Assembly: GCF_964355755.1 (NCBI RefSeq)
Contig: NC_092674.1
Location: forward strand, 26,288,001 to 26,352,000
DNA from: Antedon mediterranea
Taxonomy: Eukaryota > Animalia > Echinodermata
Length of the DNA stretch: 64,000 nt
Reading direction: 5' to 3'
A program made the position numbers and the translations under genes. The number at the start of each line of letters is the position of its first letter. The first letter of the stretch is position 1. The notes under the pieces were generated by a model, which ran no database searches, had not been told where the DNA came from, and saw only the letters and a program-made list of their open reading frames with translations. This document shows, piece after piece, positions 1 through 12,858 of this stretch.

Positions 1-501
1 GTAGATTTGATTTAATATTTGTGATTTTTAATAATTTAAGGGAAAAAAGTCAAGAAAAACCTACAATGTTATTTTAAAAACATAAATCATTAAAACATAC
101 ACAAATTTAGTAAGCTGGTATTTCTTCCTGGTAAAGCTACTAAACTTTAATCAATTTTACTCCTGGGTCAAGTGGCAACCAGGGGCTACCAGGATACAAT
201 TCTGTATAATACAGTAAACAGAATGTATTATAGGGCCAACAAATCAATGGTGGATTGGGATTGGAGAAGGGGGGGGGGGGGGATAAGAATTATATCTAAC
301 ATATAGAAAGCTTGATTGTACTATAATCTAACCAATTGAAAGCCTAATTGTACTATAGGCCTGCATTAGGCATTGTGAAAAAAAATCAACTAACCTGTCA
401 GGTGACAATGGCCGGGTGAAGTGGGGAAGGCATCTAACCAATTGAAAGCCTAATTGTACTATTGGCCTGCATTAAGCATTGTGAAAAAAAAAACAACTAA
501 C

Positions 502-981
502 CTGTCAGGTGATGATGGACCATCTTTCACATGATTTTCAACGCAACCATTTGACATATCCGGAAATATTTCCATAATGTACGCTTCCGCACTGACCTCT
601 GTCGATAACAAACGTATCAATTCAGAATCCTCGCAAGAACGAAGAATAATGTTTTTAAGTTCTTCCGAACGCTTGTCCGTTTCATGTATGCGTCGTTCTT
701 TCCACCTTTCAAGTGACGACAATTGAGGATGCTCCGTTAAACTTGTTTTTGACAGCTTCCTGTTAATACAGTTTATATTTGATTCCTCTTGTTCGTGGGT
801 ACTGTGACCGTTAGTTGGCAGAGAAAATCCGTTTGTAAATTCTGTTGTTATTGACGGGGAAATGCTTACGTCAGACGCAGGGGACAATGATGGGGTGATC
901 GATGGAGATGTTTTGAAATCGCCGCCATCGTGAGATGGTCGATGGAATCTGTGACTATTGCCAACAACCTCTGAATTTGAT
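502..981 (-). CDS. Shroom: Shroom exon entering the ASD2/SD2 domain
   Basis: tttttcag| acceptor and AG|gttagt donor, 480 nt, phase 2-2. KRSEELKNIILRSCEDSELIRLLSTEVSAEAYIMEIFP resembles the ASD2 N-terminus ([21 protein letters not shown]...TMDLMEGIFP, from memory). Confidence 0.88.
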
Positions 982-2466
982 CTGAAAAATACAATTTTTT
1001 AAGGAATTTAAATTCAATTTCAATGTAATACCATGAAGGAATATGTATACGACAAACATCCACAAGATTATGTTTAAATCAATAAATAATAAAAGAAAAT
1101 CAATATTTTCACTGTCAGTGTCGATGTACAGTATACATATAGTTAATGTTCAGTGGTAAAAATTAACAATAAATACCTCTAATAAAAGACCTCAAATTTA
1201 TCTGGCTTAGTTTAATACTACAGTGTAACTTAACTTAAGTGGTTTTTAATTGGAGGTAGACAAAATATTAAAATGTACAGAAGGGTTTAGTATGTCAAAT
1301 GGCAATCAGTACATGATGATCAAGACAGTGATATATGATAGGGGTGGAGAAGGCAGTGGGAATGATATAGGCGTACAAAATCAATATGATATAATATGCA
1401 TATAATATGACACAGTCAATACATCATATTGAACAAGTTAGTCACCAATAATTCACTTTCCCGTAAAGGAGCAAATATCTTTTAACACTACAGTCAACCC
1501 CTATCCAGGGGGACATCCCTGTTAAAGGGACACTTTCCTATGAAACCAACAAGGGCAATACATTTTTTTAAACTATAGCCAATTGGGTTGTCCCCTAATT
1601 AAGGGGACACTTTATAGATTCTACTATACATCAACAAAAAACCACTAATCTTTATTGGAACTAAGACCTTGGAGGAAAAAATATGCTAAAACCAAAATGC
1701 CCTATGAATGAATATTAAGAACCAACCTATACCACCACAAAAACCCTAACCTATTATCATTGTACTTAAAAAATCTTCAACAAGACACATAGTTAACGTA
1801 AGTAAGAAAACTAAATACCTTGTGAGACACCGCTTAGGTGTATAGTAATGAGAACAACCTGGACAAATCATTATCATACTTGCACAATAAAAATGATTTG
1901 AAATATTAATTTCAAACCAAGATCTGATGTTTCTTCTAGCTAGATTATAGATGACACTGCTATTATAATACCAACACAACCTCTACCAGAAACTGCTAGA
2001 AACGAAGTCTACTGTAACCACCAAAATAACTAACTGACTGTATTCGGCAGCTAAGGCCTGTATGACATCAAAGACCACAACTGCGTCTTTAATAACAGGA
2101 CATACAGGAAAAAGGAAAACACTAGTCAAGATTCTAATCAGGCGATTTCATTAAACAATACACCTTGTTCTTGAAATCCTTACGTCCTGAAGGATTGTGG
2201 TAACTATGCTAGGGTGATTCTGTAAGCTAGGAGGATTCCGATATCCTTAGTGATATTATACTAAATATATACTATGAATAATAATAATTCTGAGATCTGG
2301 AGTCAAGGGTTAAAAAGATCGTCATGGTGGTGGATTACCATTCTAACTAGGATTAAGTCCACCCTAAATGACATATTTATTCTCAATTGATAAACAACAA
2401 CATTTAACAAATATGCGAAAAGAATAATAATTATTAAGTATGAAAACTGATCTACTCTGAACATTA

Positions 2467-2656
2467 AGCTCTGTCTACAATATCAAACGAGTTTGACAAA
2501 AAATGTGGGATGTACCCAAATTATGGTAGTGATATACCTAAATGTGGTAATGATATACCCAAATATGATCATGATATACCCAAATATGGTAGTGATATGA
2601 CATCATCATGTCCATATATGGGCACATCACATAAAGTTTGATAGTTTAGACAGAGC
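2467..2656. mobile_element. MITE family A copy
   Basis: TIR AGCTCTGTCTACA(C)TATCAAAC...GTTTGATAGT(G)TAGACAGAGC, internal 21-bp cccaaatatggtagtgatata repeats. Confidence 0.85.
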
Positions 2657-3886
2657 ACAATTAGCCCTGTAGATACAACCATATCAAACTTTCTGATCAG
2701 ATATTAACCAGGTTGCCTAATAATATATAATTACAGATATTATAAGCAATTAGTATTATAATGAAATCAAAGATATCATAGTAGTAATTCAAGAAATTTA
2801 GTTTTTTTCATAGAAACTTTCTCATTGTTGGTTTTTGCTCAGGACATAACACCGCAACACAAAATATAATTGTAAGTCACAAATACATTGTATTTAATTT
2901 TATAATACCGTATACAATATTTTACAACTCAATGATACAGTACATTCTTTGAATGTATTGTCACGACTAGATCTAGAAAATGCCAAGAATTGAAAAGTAT
3001 TCTACGATAAGCGCGATACCAATATTGACATTGTATAGCTCTGTACTACTATTACTAAACTTTTCCAAATTTATTGATACAAATAATTTTAAAGATAAAA
3101 CGGACGAGGAAGTTGGTTAAAACTTTCCTGAAATATAATTACTACACTACACAACAATCTTAAAAATGTATTTATTATATTTTTTAACACTGTTATGTGA
3201 CCATGTAAATGCATAAAATGTGGTTAACTATAATATAATGAATTTTTTGTGGATATATATTAACTGTATTTGAAATTATAATTTATTTATGTTAATAATT
3301 ATTTAATTAAGTTGATGATCATGATAGTGAATTGTTGTTGTTAGTTATTAAAGGATGTATACAATAAAACATCTGTCTTAACAACAGCCAAACCCTATTT
3401 AAGGGACAACCCTATTAAAGTGAAAATTGTGTCAGATTCCGAAGGTCCCACAATATTGGTTCTGCAATAACTGTAAATTTATTTTTATATTAATATATAT
3501 TTTAATATACTGTATGACTAAAAGAATAAAAAAGAATAAAAATAAATGAAATTAAAGAAGAAAATAAAAAGTCTTCTATTACTAGCTCAGACCCCACTAA
3601 AAGCAAGAAGAATCTCTAGTATTAAAGAAGTTTTAAAACCAAAGCGCTTAATCCATCACTAATCGAAATTTAAATCTAAATCTAGTTAATCCCAATAGCT
3701 ACTACTATAGTTAATAATAAAAATTGCAGAGTATGTAATTAAAACCTGATATATACATATAATTATATAGCTATGTTCAAACTACTACCTACCATTATAT
3801 ACAGTAAACTGTACTACTGTACAACAGTATAGAATGGATAGGAGTTAAGTTGATCTACAGTAATTCATATTAGACTTACAACCTAA

Positions 3887-4040
3887 AGCTCTGTCTACAC
3901 TATCATTATCAAAAAGTGTGATGTGCCTAAATACGGTAGTGATATGCTCAAATATGGTTGGTAGCGTTATAACATCATTATTTCCATAAATGGGCACGTC
4001 ACATTTTTTTGTCAAACTAGTTTGATAGTGTAGACAGAGC
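3887..4040. mobile_element. MITE family A copy
   Basis: Same TIRs and internal repeats. Confidence 0.85.
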
Positions 4041-4476
4041 ATAAGTAAAGTGCGCGAGTGATCGGAAAACTCTATATTATTCAATTGTATCCTGTGTGGT
4101 ACGGCAAACTTAAATCATGCTACCTAGGTGAAAGTGTTCACATACTACATCATGAGGAATGACACGACATACATGTGGTAGACTTGATAATCCATTTCAA
4201 ATCCCACAATAAATAAATAGATAAAGAAAAATGATAAAGGAAAAAATTATAAACAGAAAATGTAGGCTTATATATAGTGACATAGGTACAGAAAGATAAT
4301 TACAAAACTCTACAAAAGTAAACACTCATAATGGGTGTGACAACATACATATTGTTGTGTATGTTACCAAATTGTCCGTTAATGATATTGACGTATTCAA
4401 AGTGTCTATGATGAACGGTACTACACTACATAGAATATTTCATGCAAAGAATAAAACATATATAAAATGATATTAC

Positions 4477-4505
4477 CTTGTACAAGTCAGCAAGAATAGA
4501 GTCAT
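4477..4505 (-). CDS. Candidate short alternative first exon for an ASD2-only isoform
   Basis: ATG ACT CTA TTC TTG CTG ACT TGT ACA AG|gtaata, phase 2, compatible with the acceptor at 981. Very short, so it could be chance. Confidence 0.25.
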
Positions 4506-5662
4506 TGGTCTTGAGTGGGGTAAAGAAGAATAGCAAACATGAGAGATTGATATGACAAAAAAACACTACCAATATCGAGAGAATTTAAACATATAAAAGC
4601 ATACAGATGTGTGTTTTGTGTGTGACAGAGCAATCTCGATTATAATCAGCAGTCGTTTGAGTGTTTAATGAAGCGTGAAGAGATCGACACAAGAAAAACT
4701 GGATGGATTCATTGATGAATAAGTCATCAATATGTTCACTGAGTCATACTAATGAATAATCATTATTGCTGATGAATAATCATTAGGTACACAAGTTATT
4801 TTATTTGTATAGGAGGCATGATTGTTTTTTGACAACTAAGTGTGTGCGGTGAAGCGTTACTTTAGAATCAAGGCAGACTATTGACAATTTCTATGAAACC
4901 AATCATTTCTTTACACAGTGGACTAATTAACATAAAACTGAAAAGTTGATGTAATTAAAGATTTCATTAAGAAGTGTTTTCTAATTTATAGACAAAAACT
5001 GCATAAATAATGTTTACAATTAATTTATAGAATATGGCTGCGCCGAGGAGAATAGTTTTAAAATGTCGCAACATGTATTGCACAATAACCACCAAGACAT
5101 GAAAATGAAATGACTTCTAACATAATTTTCGCCCAAACCGAGGAAGAAGTTCGATAATTTTCAGTGTCAAATGTATTGAAACAATACATAAGAAGGAAGT
5201 CATACACATAAGTCCTGTGTAATTGTGGCTATAAAAACACATACCACACATTAGATGTACTTTGGAAGGAAGAACCATGTCTGGAACAAGTCACGAGAAT
5301 AACATAATGTGATAATGTTTATCATATTATGTTTCATCCTTATTATGTTTATAATAAAGCACAATTTAATGCAATATTCTTGGGTATTTTTAAACAGAGG
5401 GTTAATGTGATACATATTTGCCGCCTTATGTCGTGCCTCCCGAATCTCCTTCTCCCAATACACTAGAAATACTGTAAAATATCTGTTTTTTATAGGATTC
5501 CCTCATGTCCAATTTATGAACATGCATACTAACAATGCAAAAAATATGTGATTCATATACAGACAGTTTAGAGAAGTATTCCTTGAATATCTTATGGTTA
5601 TTTGGTGTATTACTATTAGAGACTACTGTATGAAAAATAATTTTTTTTCTCTAAAAATAGTC

Positions 5663-7321
5663 ATAATAATAATAACAACTTTATTTAAAAACGGATGCAA
5701 CACTTGAATCACCATATTGGTGTTTTTCACAAGGCCGTTACTTACTACAAAACTATTTATACTATTACACAAGTTATCAATTACAGTACAAAAACAACAA
5801 CAACAACAAAAAAACAAAAAAAAAAGATTTCATGAAAAAATATAGAGTTTCAAGTATATTTTATCTTTGGTCATTTATCATTTTTTTAAATATATGTATA
5901 TTAGGAGCTGTAATTGCATTTGAGTTTATAGCATTTAAACTATTCCATAGCTTTGCGCCAGAATACGAGAAACTTTTCTTTTTATACTCAGTGTTTGCCT
6001 TATGTAAACTTAGAATATCTTTTGATCTAGTATTATATGTTTGTTTGCGTTCATAGAATCTGTTTCTTAAGTAGGATGGTGTCAAGTTATTCATTATTTT
6101 ATACATTGTGACTGCTTCGTTGTAATATTGTTTTTCTTCTAAATTAGGCCAATTTAAATCTTTGAGCGCCTGTGAGCTAGAATCATACCTAGATGTATGT
6201 GTAATTATTTTAGCCGCTCTATTTTGGAGTACTTGGAGTTTATATTTGAGGGTTTGGTTACAACGACCCCATACTACATTGCAGTAGTCAAAATGGTGGG
6301 CTATGATAGATTTGTACATTAATGATTGAATATTTTGAGGGAAAATATTGCTGCATTTTTTTAGATAGTACAGACCTGATATTACTTTATTTTTCACCTG
6401 ATCTATTTGTTTATGCCATTTTAAATTTTCATCGATAATAACACCTAAATGTTTACAGTTATTTACCTTTTCAAGTTTTGTACCGTCTATATTAATATTA
6501 ATATCCATGTTAATCAATTTATTTAATTTTTGATGTGTTCCTAAAATCATATATTCAGTCTTTTTAATGTTTAGACTTAATTTGTTACTTGCTAACCATA
6601 GTTGTACATGTTTTAGATCAGTATTTACTTTGCTTATTATATCGTGTATGTCTTTAGATGCATAATATAACGCAGTGTCATCTGCGTACATGCTTACATT
6701 TACATGAGAAACTGAGTTAGGTAGATCATTAATATACATGATAAATAGAAGGGGCCCTAATATTGATCCCTGAGGGATTCCACAAACACTATTAGACTTT
6801 ACCGAATCAACATTGTTAATATTAGTAATATGTGTACGATTTGTTAAATAATTTTCAAACCATTTGATAACATGATTAGCAAAATTAAAATTGTGTAGTT
6901 TTTTTATTAGTATCTGGTGATTAACAGTGTCGAAAGCTTTTTTGAGATCAAGCATTATTAGTCCTATGTATTTACCATTTTCAATACTGTCAATCCAATC
7001 TTCAGTTATATTTATTAATGCCGATGATGTCGAGTAATTTGGCCTAAATCCAGATTGTTGATTGTATAATTTAGGGTTGATTTGTGGATAGAGTTGGTCA
7101 AAGACAGCGCGTTCAATAATTTTTGATAAAATTGGTAGTACAGAAATTGGCCTGTAGTTAGATGGTTCACTTCGGTCGCCATTTTTAAAAATTGGGCATA
7201 TTCGTGCATTTTTCCATTTACTTGGGAAGTCGCTGGTTCTTAGAGATAAATTAATTAAAAATGTAATGGGTTGTACAATTGAGTTGATTGCTAATTTTAT
7301 TAGTTTAGCAGGAATTTCATC
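5663..7321 (-). mobile_element. 5'-truncated non-LTR retrotransposon (CR1/L2 group) with an uninterrupted RT ORF
   Basis: Open frame 7321-5861 with NYRPISVLPILSKIIE, QSGFR, LDLKKAFDTVNH, GIPQGSILGPLLF, YADD, KHLGV and FSYSGAKLWNSL. The 3' UTR ends in AATAAA plus a (TTA)n tail at ~5663-5685. Confidence 0.95.
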
Positions 7322-7849
7322 CTGAAATAAAACAATTGCTACAAACTATTTTCGTCAATAAGTATCATAAGGGTACTACTGTATCGAAGGTTATGAAGAG
7401 AGGCTAAATATCTATTAATCAATATATTTGCCATCTAGCTAACAAGTTGTACGTCAGTAAAATCAATATGAACTCATTGTAACGTGCGTATAGCTCCACC
7501 CATATTCACTCGACATTATTATTCAATAGCCCTCTGAGATCTGTAGCTGTAAGTGTAAATATACTAGCCCATGTGCCATTTGCTAGCCCAACTAATTCCT
7601 ACAGGCCCACATTAATAATATTACAAAACTTTTTGTCAACAAAGTTATAAAAAATTCAACCAAACACTGTTGTTCTAGTACAAGACTGTTTCGCTGTAGA
7701 TTATACAGTACTAGCCCGGTTGCTATTTTACACGCCCAAATTATCATATCAATTATTTTATGCTATGAGTTAATGGTACAGTTGGAACGATTGTTATAAT
7801 TATTTTACAGTAATTAATTAAGAAATACAAGCATCATATACATCGATAT

Positions 7850-8096
7850 ATGGGCTAGCCCACAGTGGTTTACACTAGACATGTTGGGCTAGCCCACAGT
7901 GGTTTACACTAGACATGTTGGGCTAGCCCACAGTGGTTTACACTAGACATGTTGGGCTAGCCCACAGTGGTTTACACTAGAAATGTTGGGCTAGCCCACA
8001 GTGTTTACGCTAGACATGTTGGGCTAGCCCACAGTGGTTTACACTAGACATGTTGGGCTAGCCCACAGTGGTTTACACTAGACATGTTGGGCTAGT
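7850..8096. repeat. 34-bp minisatellite, ~7 copies
   Basis: Unit gttgggctagcccacagtggtttacactagacat. Confidence 0.95.
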
Positions 8097-8550
8097 ACAG
8101 TAGTAAACTAAAACAAGAATATGAATCTTTAGAGGCTCCCTTTTAAAATAGGTTTCGCAGCGCTTGGGACATTAAAGTCATGACAAGTACTTATAATACA
8201 AAAGTACTGTATGCTTCACAAACCAAACAATTATAAAATAACTACTAGTTACATTGTGATTTACATTGTGTTAATACGGCAATGGAAAATATTTATTCTA
8301 ACAACAGTGGTAGTGTTGTTGTTACTTCCCCATTTGTTATACAGTGTTATATTTTTCTGTTGTAAACCAAAATGCGTAAAGGAAGAATTGATGATGGTTA
8401 AGTATCATATCCTTCATACTGAGAACAACCAAAATAGGGAAATTTCCCAATTTAATAAACATCCTAAAATAATTATGATTATAAATTAATATTGATGACC
8501 ATCAAACAAAAATCCTATATAATACTAAACATTGAAAATATATACTTTAA

Positions 8551-8696
8551 AGCTCTGTCTACACTATCAAACTAGTGTGATGTGCCCAAATATGGTAGTT
8601 ATATGCCAAAATATAGTAGTGATAGAACATAATCATGTCCATATATGGCACATCACATTTTGTTGTCACATAAAGTTTGATAGTGTGGACAGAGCT
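8551..8696. mobile_element. MITE family A copy
   Basis: Same TIRs and internal repeats. Confidence 0.85.
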
Positions 8697-11400
8697 GTAT
8701 ATATTTCTAGACTTTTTAAAAAGAACTTTGGCAATAGAATAAGAATTATCACCAATTAAATGACATGCATTTTGTTTAATACAAAGCACATTAACAAAAC
8801 AATGTTTTAAATGTTCTTATAAATATAGTGATTTATCATCATTGCAATTGACAGGTTAAAGTTGAACCTATTTATTAACCATTGTGAAAATAACCCACAT
8901 ATGGTATTTGGTACATTTTAAAGCTATGCTTCCTAACTTGTTCTTTAAAATAAATGTCTGTATACTAGAATTTCCTAAAGTTTTATTTTCTTCCTGTCTG
9001 CAAGTTCTGCATTTATAACCTCTTTCTATTCTTCCTTTTAAAAGTTCTTTCTTGTATTGATGATAAACAATATACATACCAATCAAAAGACAAAAATGTT
9101 TGACCATCGATCTCCTAGGCTGAATTGGGCACAGGTGTGGAAGTGTTTATTAACTAGTAATTCCTATCTCTGCAACCAACACAGCTAGCTAGCCAGTGCT
9201 TGAATGATTATGGCACACAATCTTTTATCAGCAGTTTCCATGTATTTGAACATGAAAGTAAAACGGCAATGAATTATTATGATACGACAAATTCATTTTC
9301 ACTTTCAAAATATAAAAATGGAAAGTAATCCTTTCTTTCCAAAAAAAAAAATTCAAATATGGAAAACACTTTGAGAATATAATTGTACTGAGGTGGGCAG
9401 GGAAATTGAAAAGTTCCACCTTCAGAAAACCAACATTTATAGACTTTAACCTCACCACAGAGCCCACACAATTAACCTGTGGATACCTGTATATTTGCTG
9501 CCACAATTTTAACCTTTGACACTAACAACCTACACCTCTCCACCAGCTATATTCCTGCAAAATATCGCATTTCTATTTCAAATAAACCCAATATCTTTAA
9601 AACTAACATGGGTCCTATTTTCTATAAACTGAGTATTATACAAAAGTTTTAACCCTAATTAAAAAATTCAACTAAGAATAATAGATATGATTAAATGGAA
9701 TGAATGTTCAAAGAAATCTAATAAACCCAATATTTTTTAATCTAACATGGGCCCTAATGTTATAAAACTATAGTTTTAACTAAGAAATTCAACTAAAATA
9801 TGTGTACGTACTTACTTACTGCTTGTCTGGAATGTCCAAAGAAAATTTAAATTATAAAAAATAAATTGATGAGCAAGTTTATTATAATGGAAGATCCTCA
9901 TTCGGGTCAGTTTGATAGATCAAGCAGAACAGTGGTTTACCCTTCAAATACCAAAGTAATTACAAAAGAAAAGGTACTATCATAGTTGTTAAGTCATGCA
10001 TGCCGTACAAGTATTTTGTGGGCTTAAATAATAGAATTCAATGACAGTTTATATGACGATGAAATCGCACAGACAAAGAATAGTACAACTTTTTGAACAA
10101 CAGAACTGACATTTTGAGAAAAACCTAGGCATCGGTTTCATTTGATATTTAGAAAGCGAACTGATGTCAGTGGTAGTTTATTTGTGAAAAAGTAATTTAT
10201 ATATAGATGCCCTGAAGTATCAAGTTATCCAGTGCCGTAGCCACGAAAATGTGCGGTGGTTGCAAAAAAGAGAACTGTGCAGGCCACTGTCAAAGAGTGG
10301 TCAGGTTGAGACCTTGCCATCAACCATGGTGGCTACAACACTGTAGTGTTATCATGCTTCTCCCTAAATGAGGAGGTGGACCCAAGTAGAGCCAGTATAG
10401 CAATATAGCTTAAATATCATTTTTGTTGATATTATCTATACTAGAATTCACAGATGCTAATAACAGGTATAATTACATTAAAGGAGTTTAAACTGGAGAT
10501 ATTGTTTATGAAGTAGGACTTACTTTAATTTTTTCCATTTAAATCATTAAGGTCAAGTAGCAAAATATATGTTAAGATACTCATTAGCAAAGATTTCTAA
10601 TTGTTTGTATTTTGAAACATATCATTGAACTATATGAACATAATTGGGTCAAGGAACAAGTGACTGATAAGAGCAGAAACAAAAATGACTCATTAGCGGA
10701 GTTGTTAAAGTGGCGCCTAATAAAATATCCTATCAGAATAATAGGAAAGGTTAACATCCTTGAACTTGGGTTAACTATTGTTTTAGGAAAATATTATTGT
10801 GTTTAGGCCAAGGAGTATTACACTGCCAATGACATCATAGGTACAATACATGTGACAATTACAGATTGTACACGGCCTACAGGAAATATGAACAAATTCT
10901 AAAACAATACAAAACAGTTAGCCAACCTATATGAATCAGAAGCAATTATTAAATACACTAGAATTTATACCTGTAAAACAGCTACCTTGTTGAAAAGCAG
11001 GTCACAAGTAAAAAACTGTAGCTATTTAGGTCAAGTGTAGGCCTTGATCTTGAAATTCTAGGCACAGGATAAGGTTCCACACCCTACATTGACTACTACC
11101 ATCTTGGCTAGACTTTCACATACCAACTATGTAATAAGTATTACCACACTCTTACCCTAAGCCAAGGCTCCACATGTTCACTAATATTAATGTAATAATA
11201 ATTACTGTACCATTAGAGGCATGACCTAGATGTAACAAGTCAATCATAATCAGAATATAAGCTCTCCATAGGCTTATGGTATGTCTTACGATAACTACCA
11301 TTGGTCCAGCTGTCATTCTAAGTTCTTTTATATCTTTATGAATATGTTTAACATGCTCTTTGCTCTGCTAGAGTTAAAAATACAGTCTCTTATGGTTGAA

Positions 11401-11508
11401 AGTTCTGTCTACACTATCAAACTTTATGTGACAAAATATGATACCATCATGTCTATGATAGGGGCACATCACATTTGTTGTCACATAAAGTTTGATAGGG
11501 TTGTAGAA
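11401..11508. mobile_element. MITE family A copy (internally deleted)
   Basis: tctgtctacactatcaaac...cacataaagtttgatag. Confidence 0.75.
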
Positions 11509-12636
11509 ACATTTACATATTGCTCCTTCTATTTAATTTTGACACTCACCCTAAACTTTATTTAGTACAAGTACTGGAAACTCTACCTATCTCATTCCAT
11601 TTTGCCAACTGTAAGTAAACAACTAACTAACTAAAAAGGATTAAACCATTTCAGGTTTGGGTAATTTTAATAGATTTAAAAAAAGAGGAAATAATCTATT
11701 ATATGACTTTACAAAAGAGGATTAACCATATGAAAGAACTATATTAAATAAGTCATCATTAATCTAAAATACAATAGATCAACTTGCACAAGCCTATAAA
11801 CTAAATTGATATTAACATGATAAGAATCTAAACTTTTTGAAAGTTGTACTAAGGAATTACTTTTATATCTACGCATGATTGCAATTTGTGATAAAGCAAT
11901 GCTTTGGGCAAAACAGGTGGAATAGGAATGAAAAGTATCAAACATCATGTGACGCAGTATTGCAAACTGGTAAAGCCACTGTCACTATCAATTAATATTT
12001 AATTACAAGTTTTCTATTAATATTATATCTGTAGTAAAAGTAGAAACATTGTATGTCCTTGATGTGTTTAACATAATTAATGCGACACAGTAAAACTGGG
12101 AAAGTCATTTCATTGCATGTTACATATGTTACTACTGTAATTAATAGTACTGACAAATAAAAACAACTTTATGAAACAACTACATAGAATTAATATTGTC
12201 AGCAATAACAGCACTGTACATGTATATACTAACTTTTACTGTACATCTTTAAACTCCTGAGGCACACTGTTGCATGCTTGTACCATAGGCAGGGGTTTAT
12301 GGGGTTTGCTCGAAAAAAAAATCCAGCCCAAAACATGGAAGCATTTAAACACATTGCGACTAAAATGTAGGGTCATCATCTACAAGACAATTGCATTATC
12401 ATTTGAAAGAAACTGGGTCACTTGACTCATCTTTTATTACTTTACTAAGAACCTATAGTTACCATGTGTTTTATATATATACATGTACAACATAAGACAA
12501 TTATATCACTACCAATAATAGCTTAGTACTACTGGCCAACATGTGACATCCTATCTCAAGAGTTAAGTTCGTAAAACTTTAGGGAAATAATTTCTGTATT
12601 CGTTAATCCCTTTCTGACTAAAATAGACAATATTAA

Positions 12637-12858
12637 TATTCGATTGGGACTTAGGTATAGTTTTTTCCATTAAGTACTTATGTAACGTAATATTTTGAGT
12701 GTTGAGATTGTTCTCAACGAAAAAGCTTGCGTTGTTTAATGTTTTCTATTTGAATTTCTGTTGAGCAAAATCCGTTTACAATTTACCATTCAAATACAAA
12801 AGTACTCAACGAATCTTTATGTTGACTAGTTGACTTTAAGTTCCCAATCGAATACGAC
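12637..12858. mobile_element. MITE family B copy
   Basis: tattcgattggga...tcccaatcgaatacgac with the same internal sequence (gttgagattgttct...cgaaaaagctt) as 34566-34746. Confidence 0.65.

Noticed and set aside
2164-2231. Possible small exon (NHPSIVTTILQD...)
   Set aside because: Weak polypyrimidine tract, and its phase-0 start does not match the phase-2 upstream donor.
7850-8096. CRISPR-like regular palindromic repeats
   Set aside because: No unique spacers, no cas genes, and a eukaryotic intron context.
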